64,000 nt of DNA. Source: Nitrospirota bacterium. Lineage in GTDB: Bacteria; Nitrospirota; UBA9217. Every line of letters starts with the position of its first letter. Position 1 is the stretch's first letter. The position numbers were made by a program, and so were the translations under genes. Shown piece by piece: positions 52,201 to 61,448 of the stretch. The notes under the pieces were generated by a model. It was not told where the DNA came from. It was given only the letters and a program-made list of their open reading frames with translations, and made no database searches. The stretch covers positions 2,656,001-2,720,000 of the forward strand of contig CAVTRN010000002.1 of NCBI GenBank assembly GCA_963737155.1. Reading direction: 5' to 3'.

Positions 52201-55200
52201 CGCTGCCCCGGCGCCGTGAGCGTTATGCTCCCCAAGGGTGCTGCCAGAGTCACGCCGTTTTCCACGTCGATCCCACCGAGGCCCTCAATGGTCAGCCTTC
52301 CGCCCGCCGAATAGATAGGTCCATTAGCGGCAGTATCTTCAGGCTGGATCGTGTGTTGCAGGGTTACTTGTCCGTCGGCATATACTGTGTAGTCGGAGTA
52401 CATATCCGGATAGACTGTGCTGCCACTTTTTAAGGAATAATAAGTGCCAGGATATATCCGCTCCGCATCCAGTACCAGGTTTCCCGTGGTGGCCAATTGT
52501 CCAGGGGCTACAATTCCGTTTACGACATTATTATTGTACAGGGCCTGGCTCAGGGTAATGTCCCGAGCTGCCTGGAGCACCACATCGTCAAACCCCACAA
52601 AGTTCATGGAGCCGATCACATCGATCCATTGGCTGGTAAGCGTGATCTGAGAACCGGTGGTCGTTGCGGATGGTAGCTGCGCCGGCGAGTTAGTCGTATT
52701 GGTCAGAACAATCGAGGGTGCGTTTATTGCGACGTTGATTCCGGCGGCACCTGTGATCTCCGGCGCATCCAGTGTCAGTTTCTGGCCTATCGTCATATTA
52801 CTAATGGAGTTGCTGAAGATTAGAGAGTTCGGGCTCCTTAATGTCAGATTATTGAAACCCTCGGAGAGATAATAGCCCAGTTCAAGGTTACTGATTGACA
52901 TCCCCATGCTCGTATCCAGCATATTGATTGTCAGGCTGCCTCCACCGAGTCCGGCTAGTCCAGCATTTCGGGCTGTCACCGCACCTTGCACATTCAGATT
53001 GCCCCCCGTGTTTCCATAGGTAAGGGAGACACTGCCGGGGCTGCTTGCATCTTTATAGGTAACGTTCGTACCGTCTGACGCTTTAATCGTGTTCTGAACC
53101 ACCTCCGATCCCGACACATCAATCCATGCCGAGGCCGACAGTGTCAGATTTCCAAATGCCGACAAGGCCACATTCCCGCCGTTCACCGGCTGGTAGTTGA
53201 GTTTGAATCCTGCTGGCGTTGATGACGGATCGGGTTGGTTGTATCCTGTAGCAAGAATACTGGCATTGTCCCCGGCACTGTCTCCAACAACGAGATCGAA
53301 CTTCGTTGCCTGAACGCTGATATTGCCGCCAGGCGAAGAAAGCGTCCCATCCATGGCTACCGACGGCCCGGACAGGGATATCTGGGTATTCACTGCAGCC
53401 GCATTGACGGGGGTGTTATTTGCGATCCTGGTGACCGATGACACTTCAGGCGTTGTTTGAATTACGGCTCCGGGCGAAATAGTGAGGCTGGCAGTGCTGT
53501 TAGCCGTATTAATTAAGTTATTGCTAAAGATTGAGCTGCTGCCCACAAAAGAAACCCCTGCGCCAGCCACAAAAGAGGAGGGCCCTGCCATAAATGCATT
53601 AGAATCATTGAGAAGAATGAGGTTGCCAGGAAGCTCAGTCCCGTAAACCGCTTGTCCCTGGCCTTGCGGAGAAACACCTGAACTGCCTACTGACACGGGG
53701 TCATTCAACCGGACAAGCGATGGACCAATGGTCGTACCTGATTCCACTACGAGGTCGTTTATGCTGTTCAGGGTGATTTGGGTGAAACCTGTATTGTCCA
53801 GCCTGTCGCCAGCCAGCACGAACGATCCCGAAGGAGCTGAGGCTCCGCTGCCAACATATATCTCTTTTGATGCAAGCGTAATGGAGCCTCCGAGAATATC
53901 GCCGCTCGAATTAGCCAACGCATAGCCATGCAGATTGCCATCCAGTTGGATATTGGATCCCTGAATGCTCAGCGTTCCCGCATTCCCACCGGTAACATTG
54001 CCCTTCTGGTCAATGGTGTAGCCGCCGTCAACATTTACCACAGCTCCCGTCTGGATATACACTCCGGTCCCATTGTCGGTTTCATCCATAATCGAGATGC
54101 TGCCGCCGGTGGTCTGACCGTACTTAAGGGAGGCCGTGCTACTCGTCCCGACGTTGGAGTTATCGATCTTTTCGCCGGATGCATCGAGCAGGCTGCCCGA
54201 TTCCAGGATTATATTCTCAGTGAGGGGGATATAATTGCTGTTCTGGTTTCCGTTGGCGCCAATTTCGCTCGTGGAGTTCTGCACGGTGGTCAAACTGATC
54301 GAACCCCCATGGGACGTGATCTGGCCCTGAAAATCGAGCTGTCTGGCTGATGCGGAAAATGAACCCCCCGGCTGAAGCATGATGCTGGCATTGGATGCCG
54401 TGTCAATTATCAGGTTTGCGAAGAGATTCAGGCTGCCCAGGTTCGCATCGTTCACAATCTGCGCCGAGAGCAGCGTGGGCTGCCCTGCCGGCAGTATGGA
54501 ACCGGGGGTAAGGTCTGTCTGAGGATCTGTTGCAGAAAGAATAGAAATAGCCGCAGGATTGTTTGTTGCTGTCGCGCTCTCCGTGCCTATGTTGAGCGTT
54601 CCTGCCCGCGGCGCTTCGAGACCCTGCGCCTTGGAAAGCGCCAATGCATTATCGTAATCCTGCGCATTGGCAAATGACCCCTGCATGGTCCAGGTATTCT
54701 GATATTTGCCGCTCGTCGCGCTGCCATTGAGCTGTCCATCCAGGACGACCGTAGATGCCGCGAGTGTGACCGTGCCTGCATCGCCACCCTGAGTATAGCC
54801 CTTCACATAGGTCATCAGCGGAGAGGCTCCACCATAGTAAAGACCTGAAAAGGACTGCTTGATGCCATACCCGTTATACGCTTCCACGTAATTTCCCAGA
54901 ATCGCGTTATATTGAATATCGGCAGGGGCATTGCCGATGTCATAGATATTCGTGCCTGAAAGCATTTGCGTCGAATTCACCATCCCCCCAAGGTAAGTGA
55001 TAGCGCCGCCGGAAAAGTTTAGCAAAGCCCCTTGCTTGACAATAATATCTCCGTTCGTGGCTGATATATTTATGCTGCCGGTATAAGCCGTATAGGAACC
55101 ATCCGCGTTTGGCGTCATCGCGCCACCCACCAGGCGCTCCTGCGCGGTCATTTCACGTCCTAGGATCGCCTGCGAGATATCCCCTATGGCGGATCCGGAC

Positions 55201-56639
55201 GTTATAGGGGTGGTGACATTCTCCCCCTGCAAGACACCGCCCTTCTGCGTATAGTCGTCCCGAAGTTCGATGCTGTTCAGTTGGATATCGACGACCGGCG
55301 CGGGAAGGGTAGCTACGACCCCGCTCACGTCGATGCTGCTGCCGGTTTCCAGATAGGCCTGTTGAGAGGCGCTGATTGTTACAACACCTGCCGGCGCAAC
55401 GATGCTGCCCTGCAGGTCGATCTGTGCAGCCGTATTCCGGCCGCTGTCCAAACCTCCTATGAAAACTTTGGGCTGGATGTCAAACGTGTCGTCGACAGTG
55501 GGGAGTTGACCAGTCGCCGGGTCCACTGCATCGTTGACGGGTAGATCAATGACGCTGTTTGGACCTGTGGTGATCTCGTTTGCGGCCCTCAGCTCCACCT
55601 GCCCCTGATTGTTCTGGAAGGCAGTCACGGAGCGGATGATTCCCCACTGGTCGACGTTGTTCCCGTACATGCCTACCATGCCTCCGTCGGCGAATAAATT
55701 GCCGTTATTCGCCGCCCGGCCGAAATTGACGTCATTGCTTACGAAACTGGGATTATTGCTCTGGGTTTCAGTTGAGAAGTCATCTTCGACGATTACATAA
55801 TAGCCGTTCCTCGTCGTGTCGCCTTGGGCCGGGGGCTGCAACAACACGTCTGTCCCGGCGGCAAGGCCAACCTGCCCGGCTGGAGCATTGATGGTACCGA
55901 AGTTTTCCACGCGGGGAGCAAAGAGAAAGGCAAATCCTCCGTTTGCAGCGTCTATCTCCCCAAAAGACGAGACTGCTGCTAGCACATTCGGGTTGCTCTG
56001 AGCCTGGTAGTTATCCAGTGTAAACTGAAGATCATTGTTTAGGAAATTCGCATCAATGAGGTCAAGAGCCGAGGCCACCAGGCCGTTCACGTTTACCCTG
56101 GAGCCAGGCCCGAAAAGGAATCCGTTCTGATTGATGAGATAGATATTGCCGTCCGCCTTTAGCTGCCCGTAAATTTGACTGGGATTGGCGTCCCAGATAC
56201 GGTTCAGGGCAGTCCAGCCCGCATTCCCCTGCTGATTGAAATAGACCGATGAGTTGCTGCCAATATTGAAAGTCTGCCAGTTGATGATCGCGTTCTGCTG
56301 ATTCTGATATACCGTGACCTGCCCACTGTTGGCATTGACGGTTGATGCGATACCCTGATTCCCTTTGCTGGTATCAAGACCCGAGTTGCTGCCTTGGATC
56401 GCAACCGGGACCTCATTGGTCGGGACAGCGGGAAGCGAAACCCCGTTATAGAAGCCTGGGATGCTGAGCACCACAGCCGGGGAAGCGGACGCAGTGGGCA
56501 CTACGGGGACTAAGATGCGCGCGGCAGCCGATCCCTGAAACCCAGGGATACTGACGGCCCCGGCCAACGCGTAATGGGGAAATAGGAGCAGCACACAGCA
56601 CAGCAACCGCAGCATCATATGAAAAAAGCTGGTTTTCAT
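46224..56639 (-). CDS. TpsA filamentous-haemagglutinin-family exoprotein with C-terminal DUF3739-like domain (PdtA-like)
   Basis: Signal peptide; TPS domain (AIINWQTFNIG, SQIYG.L.A.G.IYLINQNG); beta-helical G/N/S/T-rich repeats; C-terminal SRVMTFYGGDITIWS..GSINAGRG and AP.GIIDAGEAGI. Confidence 0.9.
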   Translation of the reverse strand: MKTSFFHMMLRLLCCVLLLFPHYALAGAVSIPGFQGSAAARILVPVVPTASASPAVVLSIPGFYNGVSLPAVPTNEVPVAIQGSNSGLDTSKGNQGIASTVNANSGQVTVYQNQQNAIINWQTFNIGSNSSVYFNQQGNAGWTALNRIWDANPSQIYGQLKADGNIYLINQNGFLFGPGSRVNVNGLVASALDLIDANFLNNDLQFTLDNYQAQSNPNVLAAVSSFGEIDAANGGFAFLFAPRVENFGTINAPAGQVGLAAGTDVLLQPPAQGDTTRNGYYVIVEDDFSTETQSNNPSFVSNDVNFGRAANNGNLFADGGMVGMYGNNVDQWGIIRSVTAFQNNQGQVELRAANEITTGPNSVIDLPVNDAVDPATGQLPTVDDTFDIQPKVFIGGLDSGRNTAAQIDLQGSIVAPAGVVTISASQQAYLETGSSIDVSGVVATLPAPVVDIQLNSIELRDDYTQKGGVLQGENVTTPITSGSAIGDISQAILGREMTAQERLVGGAMTPNADGSYTAYTGSINISATNGDIIVKQGALLNFSGGAITYLGGMVNSTQMLSGTNIYDIGNAPADIQYNAILGNYVEAYNGYGIKQSFSGLYYGGASPLMTYVKGYTQGGDAGTVTLAASTVVLDGQLNGSATSGKYQNTWTMQGSFANAQDYDNALALSKAQGLEAPRAGTLNIGTESATATNNPAAISILSATDPQTDLTPGSILPAGQPTLLSAQIVNDANLGSLNLFANLIIDTASNASIMLQPGGSFSASARQLDFQGQITSHGGSISLTTVQNSTSEIGANGNQNSNYIPLTENIILESGSLLDASGEKIDNSNVGTSSTASLKYGQTTGGSISIMDETDNGTGVYIQTGAVVNVDGGYTIDQKGNVTGGNAGTLSIQGSNIQLDGNLHGYALANSSGDILGGSITLASKEIYVGSGASAPSGSFVLAGDRLDNTGFTQITLNSINDLVVESGTTIGPSLVRLNDPVSVGSSGVSPQGQGQAVYGTELPGNLILLNDSNAFMAGPSSFVAGAGVSFVGSSSIFSNNLINTANSTASLTISPGAVIQTTPEVSSVTRIANNTPVNAAAVNTQISLSGPSVAMDGTLSSPGGNISVQATKFDLVVGDSAGDNASILATGYNQPDPSSTPAGFKLNYQPVNGGNVALSAFGNLTLSASAWIDVSGSEVVQNTIKASDGTNVTYKDASSPGSVSLTYGNTGGNLNVQGAVTARNAGLAGLGGGSLTINMLDTSMGMSISNLELGYYLSEGFNNLTLRSPNSLIFSNSISNMTIGQKLTLDAPEITGAAGINVAINAPSIVLTNTTNSPAQLPSATTTGSQITLTSQWIDVIGSMNFVGFDDVVLQAARDITLSQALYNNNVVNGIVAPGQLATTGNLVLDAERIYPGTYYSLKSGSTVYPDMYSDYTVYADGQVTLQHTIQPEDTAANGPIYSAGGRLTIEGLGGIDVENGVTLAAPLGSITLTAPGQRIYLANGSVVTTAGTTAVNYGLIDSNGIWETEDNANPEGADSASSTQFSANSLPGESITLNANEVITKGGSVIDVSGGGSIFAYAFQPGVQGSVDPLTIPGSYIVFKDNSFAMPGTAVDLQGGGGLSAGMYTMLPLNANDPQNARYAFLPGAYILQAQSATSLPGPTSLSSGGYPLVVGYSAVADTAIQSSRPEVFSVRLAQDVLAQEGNYEMQSATLGNAGTISITGATTVLDGSLKATALSGYNGGTLSLAATNISVQSSAASLLPSNFGFNSTLEPSLRGTLTISADSISGQSFSEVDLGNSSTDSVTIMPGVALNAGAINLTAAQAVTLESGASLGVVQAATGKSGTNQIAITTPGQLTIASGASVYASQGITLDVNNVEDISGQLKSDSGNLTLQSSAIFFGLDGGKQSTDVGLYLTSTLWNQFATFNNITLVGNNDIQFRTNFTGSSALSAGNSLTLDSAQIIGANSNGTSVTLAAPIVNLTNSGTSSAAITPAPANPGTFTVNANQINIGSGDVLFGGFSAIGLNSMNDLTFMGQGSLTTGNANLSISAARVTTASTTMTVNNSYGTSATAVTAANFTIYTGANYYNDQNNPNPTGSITITNSGGTPGATSTPGGILNFEGSSIAQGGVIQVDGGSIMLSAAGPGQTNGVTLLSGSQLLARGTDDAPGGQVVLKSANGSVVVEGATVDASGATIEPASLIDVSAGSQGDAGLISLQAPLGGVLINGDLKGNSQGGAGGSLVVDTYQTSNLNSNMINTDMTQLMGTISAGGFTESVDIEALTGNINIAAGQTLQASTVKLTADDATAGQGQINVSGTIEGSEGGNVELYAMNDLTIQSGGIVKAVASTAGSTGGSVLLSSEQGWVNVNGSIDVSGGAGGTGGTIYLRAQRYVNSNNDNDVQINLGGTLQGASAVYAEAVQTYQYSQSSLVIDPLINTWLNEAVSFATDNASLERLQVGAPTGASFYILPGIEVVNSGGNITMTNPVNFSLLGFDNNPGVLTIRAAGNLNINGDLTDYPAYEASGSPITSITTAPTVRSSWAFNLAAGADTSSADPLAVNSRGNGDLNIANGVVVYTESAPIRFASAGDTIIGTAPANPGFMINGELGEAMSYNLASFNGSINGYVGRDLTIAGSIQTATGDIDISVGRDLDLLVGNDPSNDGAGAIRTTGQLTQAAASAALGTDPLDPVIIDPATNLPIQGVKQNGPQSTAYYWRYDGGGDINLSVGRNVGKFSNGQWTIAEDTLGDTSGPTGWDMFTTIGVILPSAPKNYNISYGVFSADYLDGTAGLATMGGGNLVVRSGGDFLAQAGTFSSGNLTIYSGGNVMGRFLNEDGQGEINAMGNFGAYDPSSKIDERVQIELFNSQMNVTAQGEIQIGAVLNPTLASDAVEAYRNSDFVQCTYTPDTSISLSAGTDVTIEGNSPFYNNHQISDNTDSPLYEQVLPATVNVTAGGDIFLFNNFVMTSSPTGNLSLNAGGSVLGYSSTSATTNVQSASILMSDIAPQNWYGLFDIYDYQVEQNGHWILTRDTNNHGLYDPSNGTWSFMEPLHEQDNQPVTIQAGADISNLNMAFPKEADITAGQDIQDITYVGQNINETDVSTIRAGGDITMQYAKASTTGNSTIVDQPPHEGLIQGGPGVFMVQAGGSIDLGSLPDGIQAVGNGNNFELGTEACALVILSGYGFNTSAADIQTFFNNIRTAGDTYAELLAEGNLSEAAQLLQTTRQDTIDPLLGTPTGAGDINMTSSQISTSIGQSDIYVIANGSINLGLTALPTPGTVSNTTGITTGGGGAINIFSSQDVNVNESRVMTFYGGDITIWSDQGSINAGRGASTSVSAVPPKKEKTAQGLYITVFTPPAIGSGIRAVTYGENPPPPGNIHLFAPSGIIDAGEAGISGGQITLAALHVSNVANISFSAGSIGVPQTSEGASLGTLAGSSITQSNQATADASGLSAENVQAAQMVENIIAKWLEVDVIDFVVDDNNNQNSY

Positions 56640-56658
56640 GAGCCCTCCCTATCCATTG

Positions 56659-58242
56659 TCAAAACACGGCCCTCAGTTTAAAATAGAACCTCAGGTCTCT
56701 GCTCCTTGTCTGGTCCGTCGCGTCCATGGCCTTGGCTTCGTCAAACTCGTATTCCAGGTTCCTCGCCATCGTGCCGCGTATTCCCAACCCCGTCCCTTCA
56801 AGCTTGATAGCGCTCTCCGTTCCGGGGAGCGGATCCAGAACAGTCAACTCGGCCATGTCGTAGAAGAGAAAGGGGGTCACCTGAAGTCCCCCGGAGTGTT
56901 CGAGAGGGTTTGGGAAAGATATTTCCACTGTCGTATGCATGGCTTCATCGCCCGAAGCCTCACTTTCCTTGTATCCTCGCACGCTTTCCATGCCTCCCGC
57001 GATATACTGCTCATTACTGATGAGCGGTTGCTGGGATGCCTGCCCATCCACTTTCACGAAGAGGTTCATCCCGTGGGGCAGCTTTTGGGTGCGCTGTATG
57101 GCCGCTGTCGTGTAGGCATAGTCCGCCGTCCCTTTGTAACGTTTGAGCTCAAACTCGCTCTCCTGTGCCACCAAGCCGCGGAAGGATATGTTCTCTCCAA
57201 GGTTAAACACGGTCATCCCTCCCCATTCATCCGACAGGGAAGCGCTATACGTGAATGAAAATGGCAAATAAGAGATGGGTGTATGCGTTGTCTGGCCACT
57301 TACCGTTGTGTAACCTACGGCTTGATCAAATTGCTTGTAATCTATGCCAAAGGTAAAATTATGCGTATAAAGATGGTACTCCGGCAGCAGTGTCACGTAG
57401 CGGGTCCCGAATATCTTCCCCTTACCTATGACCGTGAATCCCTCGCCGAATGCCGTAGCGCTGTCCGACCAGATGCCGTAAAGGGCCCACTGGTCGTTCT
57501 TCTCCCACGGAGCGGGAAGAACGTAAGAAACATTCACTACCTCCACCTGGCTTGTGTCTTGGGGCGACGTCTGGTACTGAAAAGTCAGGGAATGCTCCTT
57601 TTGCCAGAGATTGTCGTAGTGAATCACTGCGTTCAGACGTAATGGAGTCGTGTCATAGGTGTTCCTGTTATTCAGTTCCAGATACCCATGCAGGGGAAGC
57701 TGGTCTTGCACCTTGAGCTCCACATCGATGGTCCCCATTTCCCTGGCTGGCGACATCACAGGCTCGACCTTGAAGTCCTGACTCCTGTTCAACTGGCTGA
57801 TCTCCTTCTGGACCTGGGGCAAATAGAGGATCATGCCAGGCGTTAGGGACGGCAGGTCTCTCAGCACTTTTTCCATTGTGAAATACCGGTTGCCAGTGAT
57901 CCTCACCCTGCCGATCCGGCTCTCTATCACCTGAAGTTTGACGATACCGTCCTCCAAAGTCTGTGCAGGTATGTTCACGATCACGGCCGGATACCCGGCC
58001 TCGTGGTATTTTTTTTCCAGCGAGTCCCGGGCCTTTTCCACGTCTTTCACCGTTCTATCAGGGCCGGTGAAAAGGATTACGGCGGCACGCACCTGATCAT
58101 CGGTAAACAGGCTGTTGCCGGTTACCTCAAAGGCCTTGATCTCGAAGCCTGGTTTTTTGGTTTCCTGGGCAGAACAAAGCCCGGCCATGAACACCGCAAA
58201 CAGGACCGTCAGTAAGAAGAGCCGCCAACACCTCGTGTTCAC
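56659..58242 (-). CDS. TpsB (ShlB/FhaC/HecB) transporter
   Basis: POTRA domains (F.V.GNSL, Y...GY), GGMESVRGY motif, terminal Phe. Confidence 0.93.
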   Translation of the reverse strand: MNTRCWRLFLLTVLFAVFMAGLCSAQETKKPGFEIKAFEVTGNSLFTDDQVRAAVILFTGPDRTVKDVEKARDSLEKKYHEAGYPAVIVNIPAQTLEDGIVKLQVIESRIGRVRITGNRYFTMEKVLRDLPSLTPGMILYLPQVQKEISQLNRSQDFKVEPVMSPAREMGTIDVELKVQDQLPLHGYLELNNRNTYDTTPLRLNAVIHYDNLWQKEHSLTFQYQTSPQDTSQVEVVNVSYVLPAPWEKNDQWALYGIWSDSATAFGEGFTVIGKGKIFGTRYVTLLPEYHLYTHNFTFGIDYKQFDQAVGYTTVSGQTTHTPISYLPFSFTYSASLSDEWGGMTVFNLGENISFRGLVAQESEFELKRYKGTADYAYTTAAIQRTQKLPHGMNLFVKVDGQASQQPLISNEQYIAGGMESVRGYKESEASGDEAMHTTVEISFPNPLEHSGGLQVTPFLFYDMAELTVLDPLPGTESAIKLEGTGLGIRGTMARNLEYEFDEAKAMDATDQTRSRDLRFYFKLRAVF

Positions 58243-58248
58243 CTGCCG

Positions 58249-59154
58249 CTACTCTCCGCTCTGGACGAGCTTTGCGTCTTTGATCTTTTCCACGGTTACA
58301 CCACAGAACAGCGTTTCTCCGCCAAACTGGTTTCCAAAGTCAATAGTAATGACTTTGTCGTCAACATCCGAGATACGACCAACCATGACACCTGCCCGGA
58401 CAATCGCTCCTTTGTGCGCATCTATGTCCATCTTATAGTCTTGGCCCTCTTCTCTGATGCGTCCAGGGCCAAAGGGGGTATTGATAATGGCCCCGGGCGT
58501 AGCAAACAACCTTATCGTAACTTCCTTGTCTGAAACGGCCTCCACCTTGCCTGGGAAATCGGGATCGTAGGTATATTCCTGTCCCACCTCAGGGGACCGT
58601 TGAGCCAAGTGTTCGTAATCAGCCTTCGGCATTTTCATTTCCTTGGGTCGCGTACGGATCCGGGTCAGGCGTGCGATATATTGCGGGGCTAGCTCCGACG
58701 GCACGTCTTCTGCCTTGATCTCCGCCGTGCCGGTATCGCCTACCTTCATGCCAACGATCGCCTGTGCCAGCTGATGCGATATTTCCTCTTCAAGGGATCG
58801 TTGCTCGTAGGGCCGCTGTTGCTGTACGGCATCGGCGGCGCTCAGTGCCACAAGCGATAGCGGACCTGTCTCCTGACGCTGCCTATACAGATTCGACTTC
58901 CGTTGGCTTTCCTCCACGCTGTCCGTTGCAGCCACGACTTCGCCTGACTGGAGCCGGCACAGAAAATGAACAGAAGCTGTATCTCCAGGTTGCACATGCC
59001 TCTCCTGTGCGACAGCAGTCGCGCGATCGGACTGCAGGGTCTGATGCGTTCCTTGGGTAGCACACCCTGCGAGTGTCAGCAGGCAAACGAATATCTGAGG
59101 CAGCCGCTGGAGTACCGTCTGCGTTTCTTTCTGGCTACACTTCATGTCGTACAT
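58249..59154 (-). CDS. FKBP/SlyD-like peptidyl-prolyl isomerase lipoprotein
   Basis: LAGC lipobox, VQPGD..SVHF, IVGMKVG, IDF.NQFGGETL. Confidence 0.75.
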   Translation of the reverse strand: MYDMKCSQKETQTVLQRLPQIFVCLLTLAGCATQGTHQTLQSDRATAVAQERHVQPGDTASVHFLCRLQSGEVVAATDSVEESQRKSNLYRQRQETGPLSLVALSAADAVQQQRPYEQRSLEEEISHQLAQAIVGMKVGDTGTAEIKAEDVPSELAPQYIARLTRIRTRPKEMKMPKADYEHLAQRSPEVGQEYTYDPDFPGKVEAVSDKEVTIRLFATPGAIINTPFGPGRIREEGQDYKMDIDAHKGAIVRAGVMVGRISDVDDKVITIDFGNQFGGETLFCGVTVEKIKDAKLVQSGE

Positions 59155-59335
59155 CCCTTTCCCCGCTGACCTGCTTCATGGCGGCATTCACTGGATTAAT
59201 GTTCGCGGCATCAAACTCTTCCGATTTTTCGATTCGACCGATACTTCCCTGACTGATATTGATCCTGATGTAACCGCTGAACTCTCCTTCTATAAGAGTT
59301 TTGATCGTTTCGCTGAGTCTTTTCATCTTGTCCAT
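59135..59335 (-). CDS. 66-aa small protein, YezD/DUF2292-like
   Basis: MDKMKRLSETIKTLIEGEFSGYIRINISQGSIGRIEKSEEF...; GAGGTG RBS; paralogue at 14986-15123. Confidence 0.75.
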   Translation of the reverse strand: MDKMKRLSETIKTLIEGEFSGYIRINISQGSIGRIEKSEEFDAANINPVNAAMKQVSGERDVRHEV

Positions 59336-59409
59336 AGGCACCTCGCGGCAGCGGAAAAAGAGCTGCATTGTCCTTATTCTGGATAAGGCTTACAGTTTTA
59401 ATCGGTTAA

Positions 59410-59560
59410 GAGTGAATTACCCCGCAGCAAGCTGCGGGGCATCGGAACTTGAAACCTTAAAAAAGCACAACAAAGAAGCTGAAGACTTATCCTGGCTTCG
59501 CCAGGATGTCCTTTTCATCCCAGCAGCAAGCTGCTGGGTATTTCAGGACTGTTTTATAAA
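59410..59560. mobile_element. 151-bp MITE (family A, copy 2, inverted)
   Basis: Near-identical reverse complement of 37477-37627. Confidence 0.85.
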
Positions 59561-59716
59561 TTTCTACCCAAGAGGGGGGAGGAATTTACCAAGAAAAAAA
59601 CGCAGCGTTCGAAATTAGAAGCCAAGTTCCGATCTTATCTTCTTGAACTTCTGCGGAATCTACTTCGAGCCCTTCTCTGATAATAGGTTTTAATTTTTTT
59701 TACGGCTAGTCCTGGT

Positions 59717-59797
59717 CGGGAAGCGCAAAAGAGGAATAGAGAATTGCGGGCTTCCCGGTCGTTGATGCGAGTCATGCATCAATTCAGCAAAGTACCC
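59717..59797 (-). ncRNA. Candidate cis-regulatory RNA motif, copy C, with overlapping competing hairpin
   Basis: GGGUACUUUGCUG-AA-UUGAUGC/GCAUCAA-CGACCGGGAAGCCC; the 3' arm can instead pair with downstream UUGCGCUUCCCG. Confidence 0.65.
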
Positions 59798-59814
59798 ATC
59801 GCTAACGATGGCCG

Positions 59815-59869
59815 ATCTTAGCAATGTTATGTTAAAGCAGTATTACAATTGGATAAAATTTTAGTGACA
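59815..59869 (-). promoter_or_regulatory. Pho-box-like array with -10 element for the TPS/EPS operon
   Basis: On the - strand TGTCAC, TTTTAT, TGTAAT, TTTAAC at an 11-bp period; TAAGAT begins 16 bp after the start of the last unit. Confidence 0.7.
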
Positions 59870-59994
59870 ATGACCTCGATGAAAGAGATAAAATCTGATT
59901 GAAAAACCGACGGTTGTCTCGTGACGATCAAAATATTTTTTTTCTCATTCGAGGACATAAGCCGTACTTCCGCGGTTAGGCCCCTACCAGTAGC

Positions 59995-60026
59995 AAAAGA
60001 ATGCGGGGCTCTTAACAGAGCCCCGC
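59995..60026 (-). terminator. Intrinsic terminator after PstS-like gene
   Basis: GCGGGGCTCT-GTTA-AGAGCCCCGC followed by ATTCTTTT. Confidence 0.7.
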
Positions 60027-60071
60027 GAAAGTTACAACCAGCTGCGGTGTTTTACAAGCTGTAGGTGGGAA

Positions 60072-61367
60072 TTAGTTGCAGTTGCTGTTCTGATAATTGG
60101 TATTAATTGACCAGCCACTGAAGTTCGATTGCTTGACATACTGCATATGGCACTGAGCTGCCCAGTATATATTGTTTGCTTCCACTGTACTGGGCTGGTC
60201 TGAGTATGTGCAAATGTCTAAATACAAGGGATTCGTGGAATTGGCTAACGACACATACACGTTCTCAATCGTCATGAAAGGATTGGTCCATGTTTGAGTC
60301 AACGGCGTGTACGGAATTTGGTTGTCAAGGCTGAGGCGGGTCGTGTTGCCATAATTGGCAAGGTTCTGGTCCACATCGGCAAAACCGACTGCGCCCGTAC
60401 CTGACCAAGTGCCGCTGCCGTTGACGCAGTTCATCATATCAGCTGATCCGTCGTTGAACCAAGCATGATAACCGGTTCCACCCGAAATCTGGGTAGTAAG
60501 CAATGTCTGGGGCTCCATGAAAGCAGCCAAGGTTGCGAGGGTACCTGAACCTGCAGCGCGGAAACAGGCATTAATAGGCATGGCGGGCATGCTAAGCACT
60601 GTTGTTCCAGTTCCGCCAGATACAATCCCTTGCAGATCAGACCAGTCCTTGACAGCACCAGAGAAGATCATCTTCGCGCTTGCTGTGCTGAGGTTGTTGA
60701 GCACTGTCCCAGCCGACGTGAGTACGGAGTTGTTTACGTAGAACGAGAAGGGGATCGCGAGCGGACGGCAGAGGTCGACTACGTTTGAGCTGACCGTAAC
60801 CGGGTCAAGAAGAAAATTGTGAACTTCAGATGCTCCGCCAAGAGGTCCGTTCAATGTGCCGGTGGTATGCTGTGTGAAGTCTTGCAATAAAACGTCAGAA
60901 GCGCCGATAGTTACGGGCACACACAGCGCTGCAGAGGTGCATACGCCGCCGGAGCAAGAGCTGGGATCGGCCATAGGACGATCGTAAGGACTCGAACAGC
61001 TCGTGTTAGAAGCAAAGGGGTTGGTCGTGTTGCCGTCGATCGCGAGCGGGCCATCATAGGAAGCCTTGGAGGAAACGCGGAAGTTGACCGTGGTTCCGCC
61101 ACAGTTTGCCTGCTGGACGAAGTTCTTATTGTCCGTGGTTGTACCTGAAACGCCATTGGTGCAGCCCGCTGCTTGGAGGTAGTTCGGGGCTTCGCGCTTC
61201 CAGTATGTAAACTGGGCTGAAGATCCCCAGACATTTATGTCCGCTGTGGGCATGGTCGGCGAGCTGGTTCCCGTTTGGTATATTGTTGTTCCTGCCGATG
61301 CTGCTCCCACGAATGCCAGGAGGGAGACGCCGGCTATAGCTGAGGCGAAGATATTCTTGATCTTCAT
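60072..61367 (-). CDS. Secreted Cys-rich PstS/DING-like phosphate-binding-fold protein
   Basis: Signal peptide; GSSA, S..S.DG, GASDV, IFSG.V.DWSDL, R.AGSGT, GAVGF motifs of the PstS fold; 12 Cys. Confidence 0.75.
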   Translation of the reverse strand: MKIKNIFASAIAGVSLLAFVGAASAGTTIYQTGTSSPTMPTADINVWGSSAQFTYWKREAPNYLQAAGCTNGVSGTTTDNKNFVQQANCGGTTVNFRVSSKASYDGPLAIDGNTTNPFASNTSCSSPYDRPMADPSSCSGGVCTSAALCVPVTIGASDVLLQDFTQHTTGTLNGPLGGASEVHNFLLDPVTVSSNVVDLCRPLAIPFSFYVNNSVLTSAGTVLNNLSTASAKMIFSGAVKDWSDLQGIVSGGTGTTVLSMPAMPINACFRAAGSGTLATLAAFMEPQTLLTTQISGGTGYHAWFNDGSADMMNCVNGSGTWSGTGAVGFADVDQNLANYGNTTRLSLDNQIPYTPLTQTWTNPFMTIENVYVSLANSTNPLYLDICTYSDQPSTVEANNIYWAAQCHMQYVKQSNFSGWSINTNYQNSNCN

Positions 61368-61448
61368 GTAATTATTCTCCTTGTGATGTAGGGCTCCTTA
61401 AGGAGCCTCAAATGTGAAAGGTTAAAGCACTGAATCGGTATCAGACCA

